Notes: a model not told the origin generated them from the sequence alone. Counted from the first letter of the stretch, positions 1 through 13,941 are shown. The stretch is DNA of 64,000 nt from Eledone cirrhosa (GCA_964016885.1 OZ024757.1:13764001-13828000); one strand, 5' to 3'. Translations and numbers: made by a program.

Positions 1-543
1 GGTTGTAGTGATGGTAGTGGTGGTGGTGGTGGTGTTGGTGGTGTTGGTAGTGATGGTGATGGTGGTGGTGTTGGTGGTGTTGGTGGTGTTGGTGGTGTTG
101 ATGGTGGTGATGGTGGTGGTGGTGGTGGTGTTGATGGTGATGATGGTGGTGTTGGTGGTGTTGGTGGTGGTGATGGTAGTGGTGGTGGTGATGGTGGTGG
201 TGGTAGTGATGGTGATGGTGGTGGTGTTGGTGGTGTTGGTGGTGTTGATTTGTGGTGATGGTGGCGTTGGTGGTGATGGTGATGATGGTGATGATGGTGG
301 TGATGGTGGCGTTGGTGGTGATGGTGGTGATGGTGGCGTTGGTGGTGATGGTGGTGGTGGTGGTGGTGGTGTGGTGGTGTTGGTGGTGGAGGTGGTGATT
401 GTGGTGGTTGGAGTGATAGTGGTGCTATTGGTGGTGATGGTGTTGGCGTTGGTGATATTTGTGGTGGTTGAGTGATGTTGGTGGTTGTGGTCATTTTGTT
501 GGTAGCTGGTTATAGTAATGGCGGCGGTGGTGGTGGTGGTGGT
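1..543. repeat. (GGT/GAT)n low-complexity trinucleotide tract
   Basis: Imperfect GGT/GTG/GAT repeats; explains the poly-Val/Gly ORF 8..475. Confidence 0.95.
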
Positions 544-1070
544 CGGCGACGGTCCGCATCGGGATGCAGCGGTTGTCTCCATATATACGCCTCTATTGTT
601 TCTGTCTGTGTGTGTGTGTGTACACAAGGGCCTTGTTTCAGGGGGGGTACCAGGGGACAAATCCCCCCCCCCCCTCCACACTTTTCAAACGTCTATGTTT
701 TATTTTTGTTTATTTGATATAATGAATTCTTTTTAAGCTTATTTTTTTATATCTGAACTTGAATATATAAAATTTAATTAGCGTAAAATTGTACTTATGT
801 GATAGGGCCCGGGAAAGGCACTATAAGCAATACTTACATGCTCTCCTTTAAGAATCAACAAATGTTGGTTTGTCCCTTCTCTCACATTTCTAAGGCAAAC
901 GAGGCCCCTGTGTGTACATGTGTAAAATTATTTGTTTGTGTGTAGTGTATGTTTGTATATGTGTGTGAAAGGTTGTATGTGTGTGTATGAGAAGGTGGTA
1001 TTGTATATGTTGTGTCCTGATATGTAATGTCCCCTAACATATACAAATATATATATATATACATATATAT

Positions 1071-1141
<71 letters not shown>

Positions 1142-1143
1142 TG

Positions 1144-1175
<32 letters not shown>

Positions 1176-1188
1176 TATATATAACGAT

Positions 1189-1293
1189 GCCGAGGTTAAC
1201 TTTGCCTTTCATCCTTACGGGGTCGATAAAATAAAGTACCAGTAATACACTGGAATAATTGCTGGCCTTGTGCCAAGAGTAGAAACAATTATT
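1189..1293 (+). mobile_element. SINE family A, 3' fragment
   Basis: GCCGAGGTTAACTTTGCCTTTCATCCTTACGGGGTCGATAAAATAAAGTACCAG core repeated many times in the window. Confidence 0.85.
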
Positions 1294-1304
1294 GATAACC
1301 TGAA

Positions 1305-1939
<635 letters not shown>

Positions 1940-1940
<1 letters not shown>

Positions 1941-2073
1941 ACAAAGGAATTGTGGTAAGGAATCAGATGGACCATAACGCACCAGAGTACTCAATACTTA
2001 GGGTAGTAGAGTGGGAAATAGGAAAAAGTATGACCCCAACGGCAGAGCTCAAGCCGTTTCGACGTCCAGAAAT
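1940..2073 (-). mobile_element. Hairpin family H, long arm only
   Basis: GGACCATAACGCACCAGAGTACTCAATACTTAGGGTAGTAGAGTGGG shared with about 10 other copies; abuts (TA)n. Confidence 0.8.
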
Positions 2074-2178
2074 AGGTGTCCCCCAAAATGTATACACAAT
2101 TTGTTTACCTGTACAGGCAATATTTATGAGAATGCTATTGAGATGAAGTGTGCATACATTTTTGGGGGGCATTCCCTG
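2074..2178. mobile_element. Tc1/mariner-type MITE, degenerate
   Basis: GGTGTCCCCCAAAATGTATACAC...GTGTGCATACATTTTTGGGGGGCATTCCCTG; same family as 10039-10116. Confidence 0.6.
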
Positions 2179-2300
2179 TATATATTGATGTACATACACC
2201 CACCCACACATCCGCATACACATTCACACACACACACATATATACAACTACATATATTTATACATACATATACACCCACATGTGTATGTGTATGTATGTC

Positions 2301-2361
<61 letters not shown>

Positions 2362-2476
2362 GTACATATTTATATTCATATATGTATATATACATATATA
2401 TGTGTGTGGGAGAGAGAGAGAGGGGGGGGGGGGCGAGAAAGAGAGAAAGCGTGTATCATTCTGTGTATATATATAT

Positions 2477-2662
2477 AACAAAAGAAATGTGGTATGGAAC
2501 CAAGTGGACCATAACGCACCAGAGTACTCAATACTTAGGGTAGTAGAGTGGGAAATAGGAAAAAGTATGACCTCGATGGCAGAGCCCAAGCCGTTTCGAC
2601 GGCTATTTCAGTCCAGAAATAGCCGTCGAAACGGCTTGAGCTCTGCTGTCGAGGTCATACTT

Positions 2663-2667
<5 letters not shown>
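2477..2667. mobile_element. Hairpin family H fold-back element in (TA)n
   Basis: Long arm plus short inverted arm: AAGCCGTTTCGACGGCTATTTC-AGTCCA-GAAATAGCCGTCGAAACGGCTT. Confidence 0.85.
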
Positions 2668-2701
<34 letters not shown>

Positions 2702-2708
<7 letters not shown>

Positions 2709-3426
2709 TTAGTCCTTCATCAGTGATTTTCCAACCTTCATTGGTATTTCATCGCTTTAAAGATCATATACCTCTGGTTGATGCGAGCAACGACTAAAGA
2801 AAGTCGTTGGGACACGTAAATCACGTAAGCGAGACAGTAAACAAACAAAGATGGTAATGCAACGAAAAGTGAGGAAGAAGGAGTCAAGTCCCTGAAATCG
2901 ATGAACATAAGTTCTGTGAAATCGTAGACGAGAGAGAATAAAGACCATCAAACCTGGTCGAAATGTGAGTAAGGAAAGAATTTCGCACAGGTCAAACGGG
3001 AGGAAGAAAGAGTCAAGTCCCTGAAATCGATGAACATAAGTTCTGTGAAATCGTAGACGAGAGAGAATAAAGATTTCACAGAACTTATGTTCATCGATTT
3101 CAGGGACTTGACTCTTTCTTCCTCCCGTTTGACCTGTGCGAAATTCTTTCCTTACTCACATTTCGACCAGGTTTGATGGTCTTTATTCTCTCTCGTCTAC
3201 GATTTCACAGAACTTATGTTCATCGATTTCAGGGACTTGACTCCTTCTTCCTCACTTTTCGTTGCATTACCATCTTTGTTTGTTTACTGTCTCGCTCGTT
3301 CCCCCGATTTACGTGTCCCAACGACTTTCTTTAGTCGTTGCTCGCACCAACCAGAGGTATATGGTCTTTAAAGCGATGAAATACCATTCAAGGTTGGAAG
3401 ATCACTGATGAAGGACTAAATTTATT
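2702..3426. repeat. ~725 bp fold-back (inverted) element in (TA)n with an internal ~130 bp-period direct duplication
   Basis: 2702-3053 is the reverse complement of ~3072-3426; GAGTCAAGTCCCTGAAATCG at 2881 and 3010. Confidence 0.9.
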
Positions 3427-3556
3427 CATATGTAACCCATTTTTAACAACGCAGCACGCCATGTTTTCATATTTTTCATATATATAAATATATATATATA
3501 TATCTGTATGTATCTGTATGTATATATATGTATCTGTATATATCTGTGTCTATCTG

Positions 3557-3615
<59 letters not shown>

Positions 3616-3621
<6 letters not shown>

Positions 3622-3720
3622 TCTACATTTGGCACAAGGCCAGCAATTACCCAGTACATTACTGGTACTTTATTTTATCGACCCCGTAAGGATGAAAGGC
3701 AAAGTTAACCTCGGCGGGAT
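3616..3720 (-). mobile_element. SINE family A fragment
   Basis: Reverse complement of the family A core. Confidence 0.85.
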
Positions 3721-3766
3721 AGTAACGAAACATAAGTCAATTGCATGAACTCATAATTCTTTATTT

Positions 3767-3822
3767 ACTGCTATATATATTTCGATGATAGCCATTGAAT
3801 GGCTATGATCTCATCAGGCAGT
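3767..3822 (-). ncRNA. Minimal type I hammerhead ribozyme
   Basis: Minus strand: ACTGC CTGATGA gatcatagccatt c aatggctatcatc GAAA tatata TA GCAGT; stems I, II and III all pair. Confidence 0.85.
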
Positions 3823-3883
3823 TAGTCAGTTCTTAGATATACCAGCTCTGTTTTTATAGTGTTGATGGTATCAGAGCCTTGGG

Positions 3884-3935
<52 letters not shown>

Positions 3936-3990
3936 TGTTTATTTGCATGTTGCTGGTTGGTTGTTTGTTCTCTGTGTATGTGTTTTCATT

Positions 3991-4037
3991 TTGTCACTGG
4001 AGAGGTCACAGAATGTGTGACGAAAGAACTTTGACAA
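3991..4037 (+). ncRNA. Hammerhead-like motif, core variant CUGGAGA
   Basis: TTGTCA CTGGAGA g gtcaca gaatg tgtgac GAAA gaac TT TGACAA; perfect stems I and II, A6>G core change. Confidence 0.65.
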
Positions 4038-4165
4038 TATATGAACAACCGTCCGGTTGTGGAACCAACCAGCCAACCGGAAATTTATAATTTAATTTAT
4101 AATAAATTGGAGTGAAAGCAACTGGTGCGTGTGTTTCTTATTGGTAACATGACCTCCCAAAGTAT

Positions 4166-4277
<112 letters not shown>

Positions 4278-4470
4278 GTGTGTGTGTAAGTATGTATACG
4301 CACATACATATATGTATGCAGACGTACAGTAGTATGTATATATATACATACATGCACACATATACATTTATTATAATGCTCGGTTTGTTTGTAAACAAAC
4401 AAACAGCCCGAATTACGCCGTACAGTGTTTAGGCAACCACGTCACCTTTTTGTTCAACACTAACACAGTA

Positions 4471-4513
4471 ACGATGTACTAGTTTCAAGCTTACTAGCTA
4501 TCGTCAGCATCGT
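4471..4513 (-). ncRNA. Minimal type I hammerhead ribozyme (left-arm copy)
   Basis: Reverse complement of 4748-4790 with one loop II change. Confidence 0.85.
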
Positions 4514-4747
4514 ATACCTTCCTGCAAGATGGTTGGACGCCTGAAAGTATATATTCTCCTTATGCATATTAACGTCTGAGCAGCCTAATTTGCATATCGA
4601 GTGAGTTTAGTCGGCCGGGCGCACCGAAAACGATAAATGGAATAGAATGAAACGTAATTTCTCGATATGCAAATTAGGCTGCTCACCGTTAATATGCATA
4701 AGGAAAGTATATACTTTCAGACGTTCAACCATCTGGCAGGAAGGTAT

Positions 4748-4790
4748 ACGATGCTGACGATAGCTAATAAGCTTGAAACTAGTACATCGT
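4748..4790 (+). ncRNA. Minimal type I hammerhead ribozyme
   Basis: ACGATG CTGACGA t agct aata agct t GAAA ctag TA CATCGT. Confidence 0.9.
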
Positions 4791-5104
4791 TCCTGTGTCA
4801 GTGTTGAACAAAAAAGTGACGTGGTTGCCTAAACACTGTACGGCGTAATTCGGGCTGTTTGTTTGTTTACAAACAAACCGAGCATTATAATAAATGTTCG
4901 GTAAACCGATACGTGCATATGTATATGTGTGCATGTATGTATATATATAAACATACTACTGTACCTCTGTATACATATATGTATGTACGTATACATACAT
5001 ACATACTTACATTTAAGTAAGTGCCGTACTATGAGTGAGAAATGAAATTTCGTTTCATTCTATTCCATTTATATATATATAACTGTCAATACAATACAAA
5101 CTAT

Positions 5105-5139
<35 letters not shown>

Positions 5140-5199
5140 TGCCAAGACTGGAATTGAACCATCAGCACTGTTGAGGTATGTCATACATCAATTTATATA

Positions 5200-5259
5200 T
5201 TTATCTGATGAGGACGTACTGAGGAAACAGCACAGTACCTCCGAAATATATATAATAAA
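5200..5259 (+). ncRNA. Minimal type I hammerhead ribozyme
   Basis: TTTAT CTGATGA ggacgtactg...cagtacctcc GAAA tatata TA ATAAA; same family as 12321. Confidence 0.85.
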
Positions 5260-5348
5260 ATATATTTGATTACATGAATGTCTATATTTATTAATATTTT
5301 GAATTAATATATATATATAGTTATGTAATAAACAACATAAGGCAATTA

Positions 5349-5409
5349 TTTCATTTACCAGTGGTTTCTTAAAAGCAAAAAAATGTTGCTTTCAATCATC
5401 AGAATGAAA
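5349..5409 (-). ncRNA. Type I hammerhead ribozyme (left-arm copy)
   Basis: Reverse complement of 5475-5535 with one stem II change. Confidence 0.85.
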
Positions 5410-5474
5410 AAATCCTGGCGTATTTATTGACGTTGGATTTTAAAAATCCAACGTCAATAAATACGCCAGGATTT

Positions 5475-5535
5475 TTTCATTCTGATGATTGAAAGCAAAT
5501 TTTTTTTGCTTTTAAGAAACCACTGGTAAATGAAA
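5475..5535 (+). ncRNA. Type I hammerhead ribozyme
   Basis: TTTCATT CTGATGA ttgaaagcaaa tttt tttgcttttaa GAAA ccactgg TA AATGAAA. Confidence 0.9.
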
Positions 5536-5778
5536 TAATTGCCTTATGTTGTTTATTACATAACTATTAAGCTCTGTTACCTACATAGAGCACTCTTTTT
5601 TCTTGGACTTTTCCGACGGAATTACTTCACATATATATATATATATATAGCTCTGGTTCATTTGAATCATTGAGCACTTGCCACACATCTCGGAGGTTGT
5701 TTTTCGTTATTTCGTGGGCCGAAAAATGCGATTCTCGATAATTTATATTTGTATTTATATATATATATATCTGTATGC

Positions 5779-5825
<47 letters not shown>

Positions 5826-5828
<3 letters not shown>

Positions 5829-6012
5829 CAAATTTATACGGGAACAAAATAAAGAGGCAGACAAATAAAGGTTTATTAGGTTCACGCTTTTGAGAGTGAG
5901 ATGGGGGTGGGGGACGTTTCGGGCATAAGCCCTTCTTCAGGAGAAAATAGGTTGGAAGAGAGTTCAGAGGGTGTGTGGAAATACATTCAGAAAAAAGGGG
6001 GAAGAAGTACAA
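5826..6012 (-). mobile_element. (TA)n-inserted element with hammerhead core at 5913-5940
   Basis: Minus: CTGAAGA a gggc ttat gccc GAAA cg TC; related copies at 8426-8568, 9286-9355, 37255-37305, 52768-52843; no local stem I seen. Confidence 0.65.
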
Positions 6013-6099
6013 TGTATATATCTGTATGTATATTTATATGCATATGTATGTATATATATATATATGTATATGTCTATATATGTATGTATATCTGTATGC

Positions 6100-6131
<32 letters not shown>

Positions 6132-6311
6132 CTGTATGTATATCTGTATGCATATATATATATATATGTATATGTATATATCTGTATGTATATCTGTATG
6201 CATATGTATGTATATATATATATGTATATGTATATATCTGTATGTATATCTGTAGGCATATGTATATATATATATATGTATATGTATATATCTGTATGTA
6301 TATCTGTATGC

Positions 6312-6381
<70 letters not shown>

Positions 6382-6603
6382 GTATATTTGTATGTATATA
6401 TATATATATATATATGTATATGTATATATCTGTATGTATATTTGTATGCATATGTATGTATATATATATATGTATATGTATATATCTGTATGTATATATG
6501 TATATGTATATGTATATATATGTATATATATATGTATATGTATATCTGTATGCATATGTATGTATATATATATATGTATATATCTGTATCTATATCTGTA
6601 TGC

Positions 6604-6673
<70 letters not shown>

Positions 6674-6717
6674 GTATATAGCTGTATGTATATCTGTATG
6701 CATATGTATGTATATAC

Positions 6718-6811
<94 letters not shown>
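6013..6811. repeat. Compound (TA)n/TATG/TATCTG microsatellite
   Basis: Direct reading; similar tract at 8125-8940. Confidence 0.95.
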
Positions 6812-6814
<3 letters not shown>

Positions 6815-6880
6815 GAAGAGAGAAGAAACATTTAGATATAATTAGTAATAAAATGTATCATACCTAAACTGTTCCTAAAT

Positions 6881-6968
6881 TCCTCGACTACGTAGTTTCG
6901 TGGCATAAACAAAAACAATATATCAAAGATATAGAGTCCTTGCGAGGTCTGCCGACTTATCAAGAGGA
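6881..6968 (-). ncRNA. Hammerhead ribozyme, U3-A8 variant (inverted copy)
   Basis: Reverse complement of 7209-7296. Confidence 0.8.
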
Positions 6969-7208
6969 TACCTCATTTTACTAGTCTCAAGAACGCGTCT
7001 ACACGACGTGAGAAAGAATCCCAAAAGGCGGAGGGGGAGATAGTCACGCGATATAACGGTCGAGAAACAGAGCTAAGCCTCTTATAACCACGAAAGAGGC
7101 TTAGCTCTGTTTCTCGACCGTTATATCGCGTGACTATCTCCCCCTCCGCCTTTTGGGATTCTTTCTCACGTCGTGTAGACGCGTTCTTGAGACTAGTAAA
7201 ATGAGGTA

Positions 7209-7296
7209 TCCTCTTGATAAGTCGGCAGACCTCGCAAGGACTCTATATCTTTGATATATTGTTTTTGTTTATGCCACGAAACTACGTAGTCGAGGA
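7209..7296 (+). ncRNA. Hammerhead ribozyme, U3-A8 variant
   Basis: TCCTC TTGATAA gt c ggca...tgcc ac GAAA ctacgtag TC GAGGA. Confidence 0.8.
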
Positions 7297-7799
7297 ATTT
7301 AGGAACAGTTTAGGTATGATACATTTTATTACTAATTATATCTAAATGTTTCTTCTCTCTTCATAATGTATTTTTAACTCTGATACTGGTTCAGTCTGGT
7401 TCAAACTGAATTGGTCTGTCCCAGTCATTCATTGAGCAACATCGGTGAAGTTGGCACCCTTAACTCACAGTTGGGTGCGGATGCATTCATGTATATATGT
7501 GTGTGTCCGCATGTATCTGTGTGTTTCTAAATGTATTAATAACTCCCTCTGGTCGAGCAATCTTTGAAGTGTGGGGACAACTGGAAAGCTTCCATTACTC
7601 ATACTTCTCGCCTTCTTCACTACCTCTTCTACGGCCTCGATATGAATACCCCCTCCGCCTCCGTGGTATTTTTTTCGTGGTTATAAGAGGCTTAGCTCTG
7701 TTTCTCGACCGTTATATCGCGTGACTATCTCCCCCTCCGCCTTTTGGGATTCTTTCTCACGTCGTGTAGACGCGTTCTTGAGACTAGTAAAATGAGGTA

Positions 7800-7887
7800 T
7801 CCTCTTGATAAGTCGGCAGACCTCGCAAGGACTCTATATCTTTGATATATTGTTTTTGTTTATGCCACGAAACTACGTAGTCGAGGA
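7800..7887 (+). ncRNA. Hammerhead ribozyme, U3-A8 variant (second tandem copy)
   Basis: Same sequence as 7209-7296, 591 bp downstream. Confidence 0.8.
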
Positions 7888-8121
7888 ATTTAGGAACAGT
7901 TTAGGTATGATACATTTTATTACTAATTATATCTAAATGTTTCTTCTCTCTTCATAATGTATTTTTAACTCTGATACTGGTTCAGTCTGGTTCAAACTGA
8001 ATTGGTCTGTCCCAGTCATTCATTGAGCAACATCGGTGAAGTTGGCACCCTTAACTCACAGTTGGGTGCGGATGCATTCATGTATATATGTGTGTGTCCG
8101 CATGTATCTGTGTGTTTCTAA

Positions 8122-8187
<66 letters not shown>

Positions 8188-8519
8188 GTATATATCTGTA
8201 TGTATATTTGAATGCATATGTATGTATATATATGTATATGTATATATCTGTATGTATATCTGTATGCATATGTATGTATATATATGTATATGTATATATC
8301 TGTATGTATATCTGTATGCATATGTATGTATGTCTGTATGCATATGTATATATATATATATGTATGTATATGTATATATCTGTATCTATATCTGTATGCA
8401 TATGTATATATATATATATATATATAATGGAAAAATTTGAACAGGGACAAAACAGAGAGGCAGTACAACGAATGTTTATTAATTTCACGCTCTGGAGAGT
8501 GGGGTGTTGGTGGGGGGAC

Positions 8520-8552
8520 GACGTTTCGGGCATAAGCCCTTCCTCAGGTGAG
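8520..8552 (-). ncRNA. Hammerhead core without evident stem I
   Basis: Minus: CTGAGGA a gggc ttat gccc GAAA cg TC. Confidence 0.55.
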
Positions 8553-8566
8553 AAGTGTGTGGGAAC

Positions 8567-8638
<72 letters not shown>

Positions 8639-8663
8639 ATATATATATGTATATGTATATCTG

Positions 8664-8726
<63 letters not shown>

Positions 8727-8751
8727 GTATATATCTGTATGTATATCTGTA

Positions 8752-8846
<95 letters not shown>

Positions 8847-8874
8847 GTATATAGCTGTATGTATATCTCTATGC

Positions 8875-8918
<44 letters not shown>

Positions 8919-9172
8919 GTATATATATGTATGTATATTTCTATGAAGTCTATCCAGTTACAGAGACGTAGTTTAAAACTATAAATATCAGACGACTTTG
9001 TATCCAAATCTTACAACAAACACAAGCCAGGACCGACGGCGTTCTATTTCATTACAGTGTCAACACGCCGGGGGCGGAGTCTAACCGACCTCATTTGCAT
9101 ATTGCAACACCCTTCACACAGTATGACACACGAAGTCACACGCATGAATATATTATTACATATGTGTGCGTG

Positions 9173-9205
<33 letters not shown>

Positions 9206-9206
9206 A

Positions 9207-9288
<82 letters not shown>

Positions 9289-9466
9289 AAAATGGAACGG
9301 GAACAAAACAGAGAGGCAGTACGAATAAAGGTTTATTAGTTTCACGCTCTTGAGTGAGTGTGTGTGTGTGTGTGTGGGGGGGGTATATATATATATATCT
9401 ATATATCTATATATATATATATATGTGTGTGTGTATATCTATCTATCTATATATGTATATATATGA

Positions 9467-9521
<55 letters not shown>

Positions 9522-9567
9522 GAAGCAACGAAGGTAGCCCAATGCTCCATAAGGAGCAAAAAGAAAC

Positions 9568-9611
<44 letters not shown>

Positions 9612-9622
9612 GTGTATATGTA

Positions 9623-9705
<83 letters not shown>

Positions 9706-10038
9706 GAATATATTTGTATGTATATGTATATAATGCATACACACACACACACAGAAACACACACACACACATATATATATATATGTGTGTTTGTGTGTGT
9801 GTGTGTATATAATGAATAAATATATATTTACAAACAACGAAAGGGTATATGTAATTGTGTATATATGTAGACTATATCCGCTAAACTTTGACGGCACACA
9901 CACACACACACACATATATATATACACACACACACATACAATTATATATACAGAGTTATATATATACGTATATATATACAGTATGAATGTGAGTGAAATA
10001 TTATCTGTAAAATATTTGTATGCCTGTCTGTATATATA

Positions 10039-10113
10039 CAGGGTGTCCCCAAAAAATGTATACACACTTCAACAACATTATAATAAAAGTGTGTATACAG
10101 TTTTAGGGACACC

Positions 10114-10116
<3 letters not shown>
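10039..10116. mobile_element. Tc1/mariner-type MITE
   Basis: TIR CAGGGTGTCCC...GGGACACCCTG with TA on both sides. Confidence 0.8.
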
Positions 10117-10185
<69 letters not shown>

Positions 10186-10399
10186 AAATATATGCACAAG
10201 CATTTATATTGTAATATGTGCTTGCATGCACGCACACACAAACACATATACACACACACATATATATATATACACACAGCCACACACATATATATATATA
10301 CATATATATACACATGAGTTTAGTTAAACCTTATGCTAAAAAAATATTTATTTAATTTATGAAACCTATATCTGGATCTAACTTATGAGTGTATATGAA

Positions 10400-10457
<58 letters not shown>

Positions 10458-10466
10458 CATAAGTAC

Positions 10467-10511
<45 letters not shown>

Positions 10512-10556
10512 TATATATATACACACACATATATATATATATATACATATTTATAT

Positions 10557-10630
<74 letters not shown>

Positions 10631-10870
10631 CAAATATATATATATATATATATATATATGCATATGTGTATACATATATTTACATGTATGTATGTCTTGT
10701 ATATAATCATATATTATATACAGCTGGTATTCCTGTGGCACTGCTACCCTAGGTTTCAGGTGTTACACTATAATTTCGAGACGGGTCTTAACCCTATATA
10801 ATACCACCTGCCTACTATAAATTATTATACTCAACAATATGTATTAATGAGTACTTTTTACTTACTCTAA

Positions 10871-10920
<50 letters not shown>

Positions 10921-11027
10921 GCGCATACACACGCACATACACACACATATATACACACGCATATACACATACACATACACACACACTCACAGACACACAC
11001 AGACACAGACACACACACACATACACA

Positions 11028-11349
11028 TAGGGTCGGGTTTAGTTCTTGGGGGGACCGGGGCACATCAGGTTTGGTGGAGGGGACCTCATACACCAAAACT
11101 TAGAACACACATCAACCCCCCCCCCCCCCGCCCCCCCCCCCCCTGCCCCAATTTTACATATCAAAGTTAGCTTGACACAAGTCATTGGAATTGAAAAGTT
11201 ATACAAACTAAAATAACTCAGCTAGCTGGAGGCACAAATACATTGCTAAGGTCGTCGCTGGTCGCCCCTCGCCCCTCACTGCAAGGGGTCCGGGACCCCA
11301 GGGCTCAGGGCAATTTCCCCCTTTGCCCCTCCCAATTAAATCCGGCCTG
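11028..11349. mobile_element. Probable hAT-type MITE
   Basis: Ends TAGGGTCGGGTTTAG ... TTAAATCCGGCCTG; GC-rich GGGGCCC-type subterminal motifs. Confidence 0.5.
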
Positions 11350-11500
11350 CGTACACTCACATTATGTTCAAAACAATATATATATATATATTTTTTGTTT
11401 GTGAACCAGCGAGGAAGGGTGCCCTCAATACAGTGGCCTGACTGCCATGTGTGTCACCACATAGTTGACCCCCCCTCCATGCCACCCCACCCTACGTACT

Positions 11501-11540
<40 letters not shown>

Positions 11541-11640
11541 AGAAGCAAAGAAAATTGTGTGTGCATCTCGGGTTCAATCAAGAGAACCACAGTAAGTGAG
11601 GTACTCAGTACATAGTAGAGTATATACAAGATTCAATATA

Positions 11641-11736
11641 GCTTCTACAGGACTAGAACTGTTTCATCCGACGGAAATCAAGAGGAAAGCCCATAATGAT
11701 GTCTTTCGAATGAAACAGTTCTAGTCCTGTAGAAGC
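11641..11736. repeat. Fold-back with degenerate hammerhead (GAAA cag..ctg TA in each arm)
   Basis: 27 bp arms GCTTCTACAGGACTAGAACTGTTTCAT; related copy at 25654-25690. Confidence 0.7.
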
Positions 11737-11774
11737 CATTTCTATATCAAATCTTATCTATAAATATGTGTGTA

Positions 11775-11846
<72 letters not shown>

Positions 11847-12288
11847 AAAATAAACCCAAAAGTATTGCCTGAGGCCGCACTGCCTCTCATCCCACCCTAC
11901 ACACACTCGCCCCGACCCCACTTTATACATGTTGTAGAGAATATGTTTAATTTAAATTGAAATTTGTATTTTTTTCTCGCCACTTAAGTTTCAAGCCATT
12001 GCGATCTTCACCAGTTTCCAGACTAATAATCGTAGAGACGTCTCGAACTTGGTAATGAGACCAAAAAGAAAATTCAGTATAAATTGTATTGTATATACTG
12101 TATATGTGTGTGTTTATATGGGAGTGTGTGTGTATGTATATATATGTATATATATGTATATATATATATATATATAAGTATTAAATTGTTAAACAATATT
12201 CAATGAATTATGTCAAAGAATGATTTTTACAGTAGATTGGAAGCACTCAACGAAAAAAAATTACTTTCAGGAGTTATTAATATAAGTA

Positions 12289-12533
12289 TTAATAAAATAG
12301 ATGTTCTTTTGATCAATTACATTTTATTATACATATTTCGGATGTACAACAGTACGTCCTCATCAGACAAAATATAATGATACATGACATACCCTGAGAT
12401 GTTAAATGGTTAAGATTTAACATCTCAGGGTATGTCATGTATCATTATATTTTGTCTGATGTGGACGTACTGTTGTACCTCTGAAATATGTATAATAAAA
12501 TGTAATTGATCAAAAGAACATCTATTTTATTAA
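12289..12533. repeat. 245 bp fold-back with a hammerhead in each arm
   Basis: 7 nt loop GGTTAAG; right-arm core mutated to CTGATGT (12449-12501). Confidence 0.9.
12321..12373 (-). ncRNA. Minimal type I hammerhead ribozyme
   Basis: Minus: ATTTTGT CTGATGA ggacgtac tgtt gtacatcc GAAA tatgta TA ATAAAAT. Confidence 0.88.
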
Positions 12534-12949
12534 GGGTTGCCTCCCTTGTCGAGCCCCACGTGGGTATCGGTAACGGTCATTCCTTCGCCTGGCACTTGAA
12601 CTAAAACCTGTTGAGAAAGTGAATTCCTTGTTCAATCATCTTACCAGAAGCCTAACATTATTTGTCTAAGCGGACAGTACTTGATTTAGGAGTCGCAGAA
12701 ACCCAAATGCTGGATTTTACCAACCATCCAGGGAGCCGGGTAAATTTTCAATCACATATCTTTTTATTTGTTTGACCCGAATTACTTGGTCGTTTCTATG
12801 GTTGTGCGGATGACGGTTTAACCATCGTCTCAGTGTGTTTGGCCTTTAACGTATGTTGTAGCTGTGGTTCGTCAGAATTATTGAGCGCTTGCCACACATC
12901 TCGGAAGTTGGTTTTCGCTAAATCCAAAGCCGAAATACGATTCTCGCTA

Positions 12950-12952
<3 letters not shown>
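12534..12952. mobile_element. Dispersed repeat family K, partial unit
   Basis: Similar to ~18362-18760 and 5649-5750; ends in (TA)n. Confidence 0.8.
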
Positions 12953-12993
<41 letters not shown>

Positions 12994-13050
12994 TCCCACC
13001 GGGATTGATTGAAGCAAATTCTGCATATTGTATATATATATATATACAAG

Positions 13051-13144
<94 letters not shown>

Positions 13145-13546
13145 GCACACACTCACATATATATATATGTGTGTGTCTCTGTGTGTGTGTATGAACATAT
13201 ATTTATGTGTGTGTGTGTGTGTGTGTATGTATATATTTGTGTGTATATATGTACAAATATATTTCTATCTATATATCTATCTATACACGCACCCGCACTC
13301 ACACATACTCACACACATACATATATATATACATCAAACACACACAGAGACAAGCATACATACATACACTCATATATACACGCATCCCTCCTTCTATCTC
13401 TCTCTACATATATAAATATCTACATGACAATATCGGCTTCCGGCTTCTCTTTCTCATTCATCATGAGAGATGTGCATTGGAAGATTAGCTAATCCTTTCC
13501 AGAGGACGTTAACACCAGGCAGACACATACACACTCATATATACAC

Positions 13547-13637
<91 letters not shown>

Positions 13638-13696
13638 AAGAAAGGGTATATATAAATATATGTATATATAAATATGATACAGACACACACACATCC

Positions 13697-13941
<245 letters not shown>

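Larger units (their letters stand above)
4283..5010. repeat. Fold-back element (core arms ~4364-4601 and ~4661-4897) with a hammerhead in each arm
   Basis: Arms are reverse complements with a few mismatches; flanked by (TA)n. Confidence 0.9.
5317..5567. repeat. Near-perfect 250 bp palindrome carrying two hammerheads
   Basis: Centre TTGGATTTTAAAAATCCAA; arms are reverse complements. Confidence 0.92.
6812..8124. mobile_element. Inverted arm plus ~1.7 tandem copies of a 591 bp unit, with three hammerheads (PLE pseudo-LTR/retrozyme-like)
   Basis: AGAGGCTTAGCTCTG at 7095 and 7686 (period 591); 6812-7090 is an inverted copy. Confidence 0.85.

Noticed and set aside
3370-3420. Type II hammerhead call
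   Set aside because: GAAA and CTGATGA are present, but stems III and I cannot both form between them; kept only as an unexplained motif.
12780-12880. Hammerhead on the minus strand of family K (CTGACGA...GAAA)
   Set aside because: Stem II does not close next to GAAA and the core is not conserved in the 5.7 kb and 18 kb copies.
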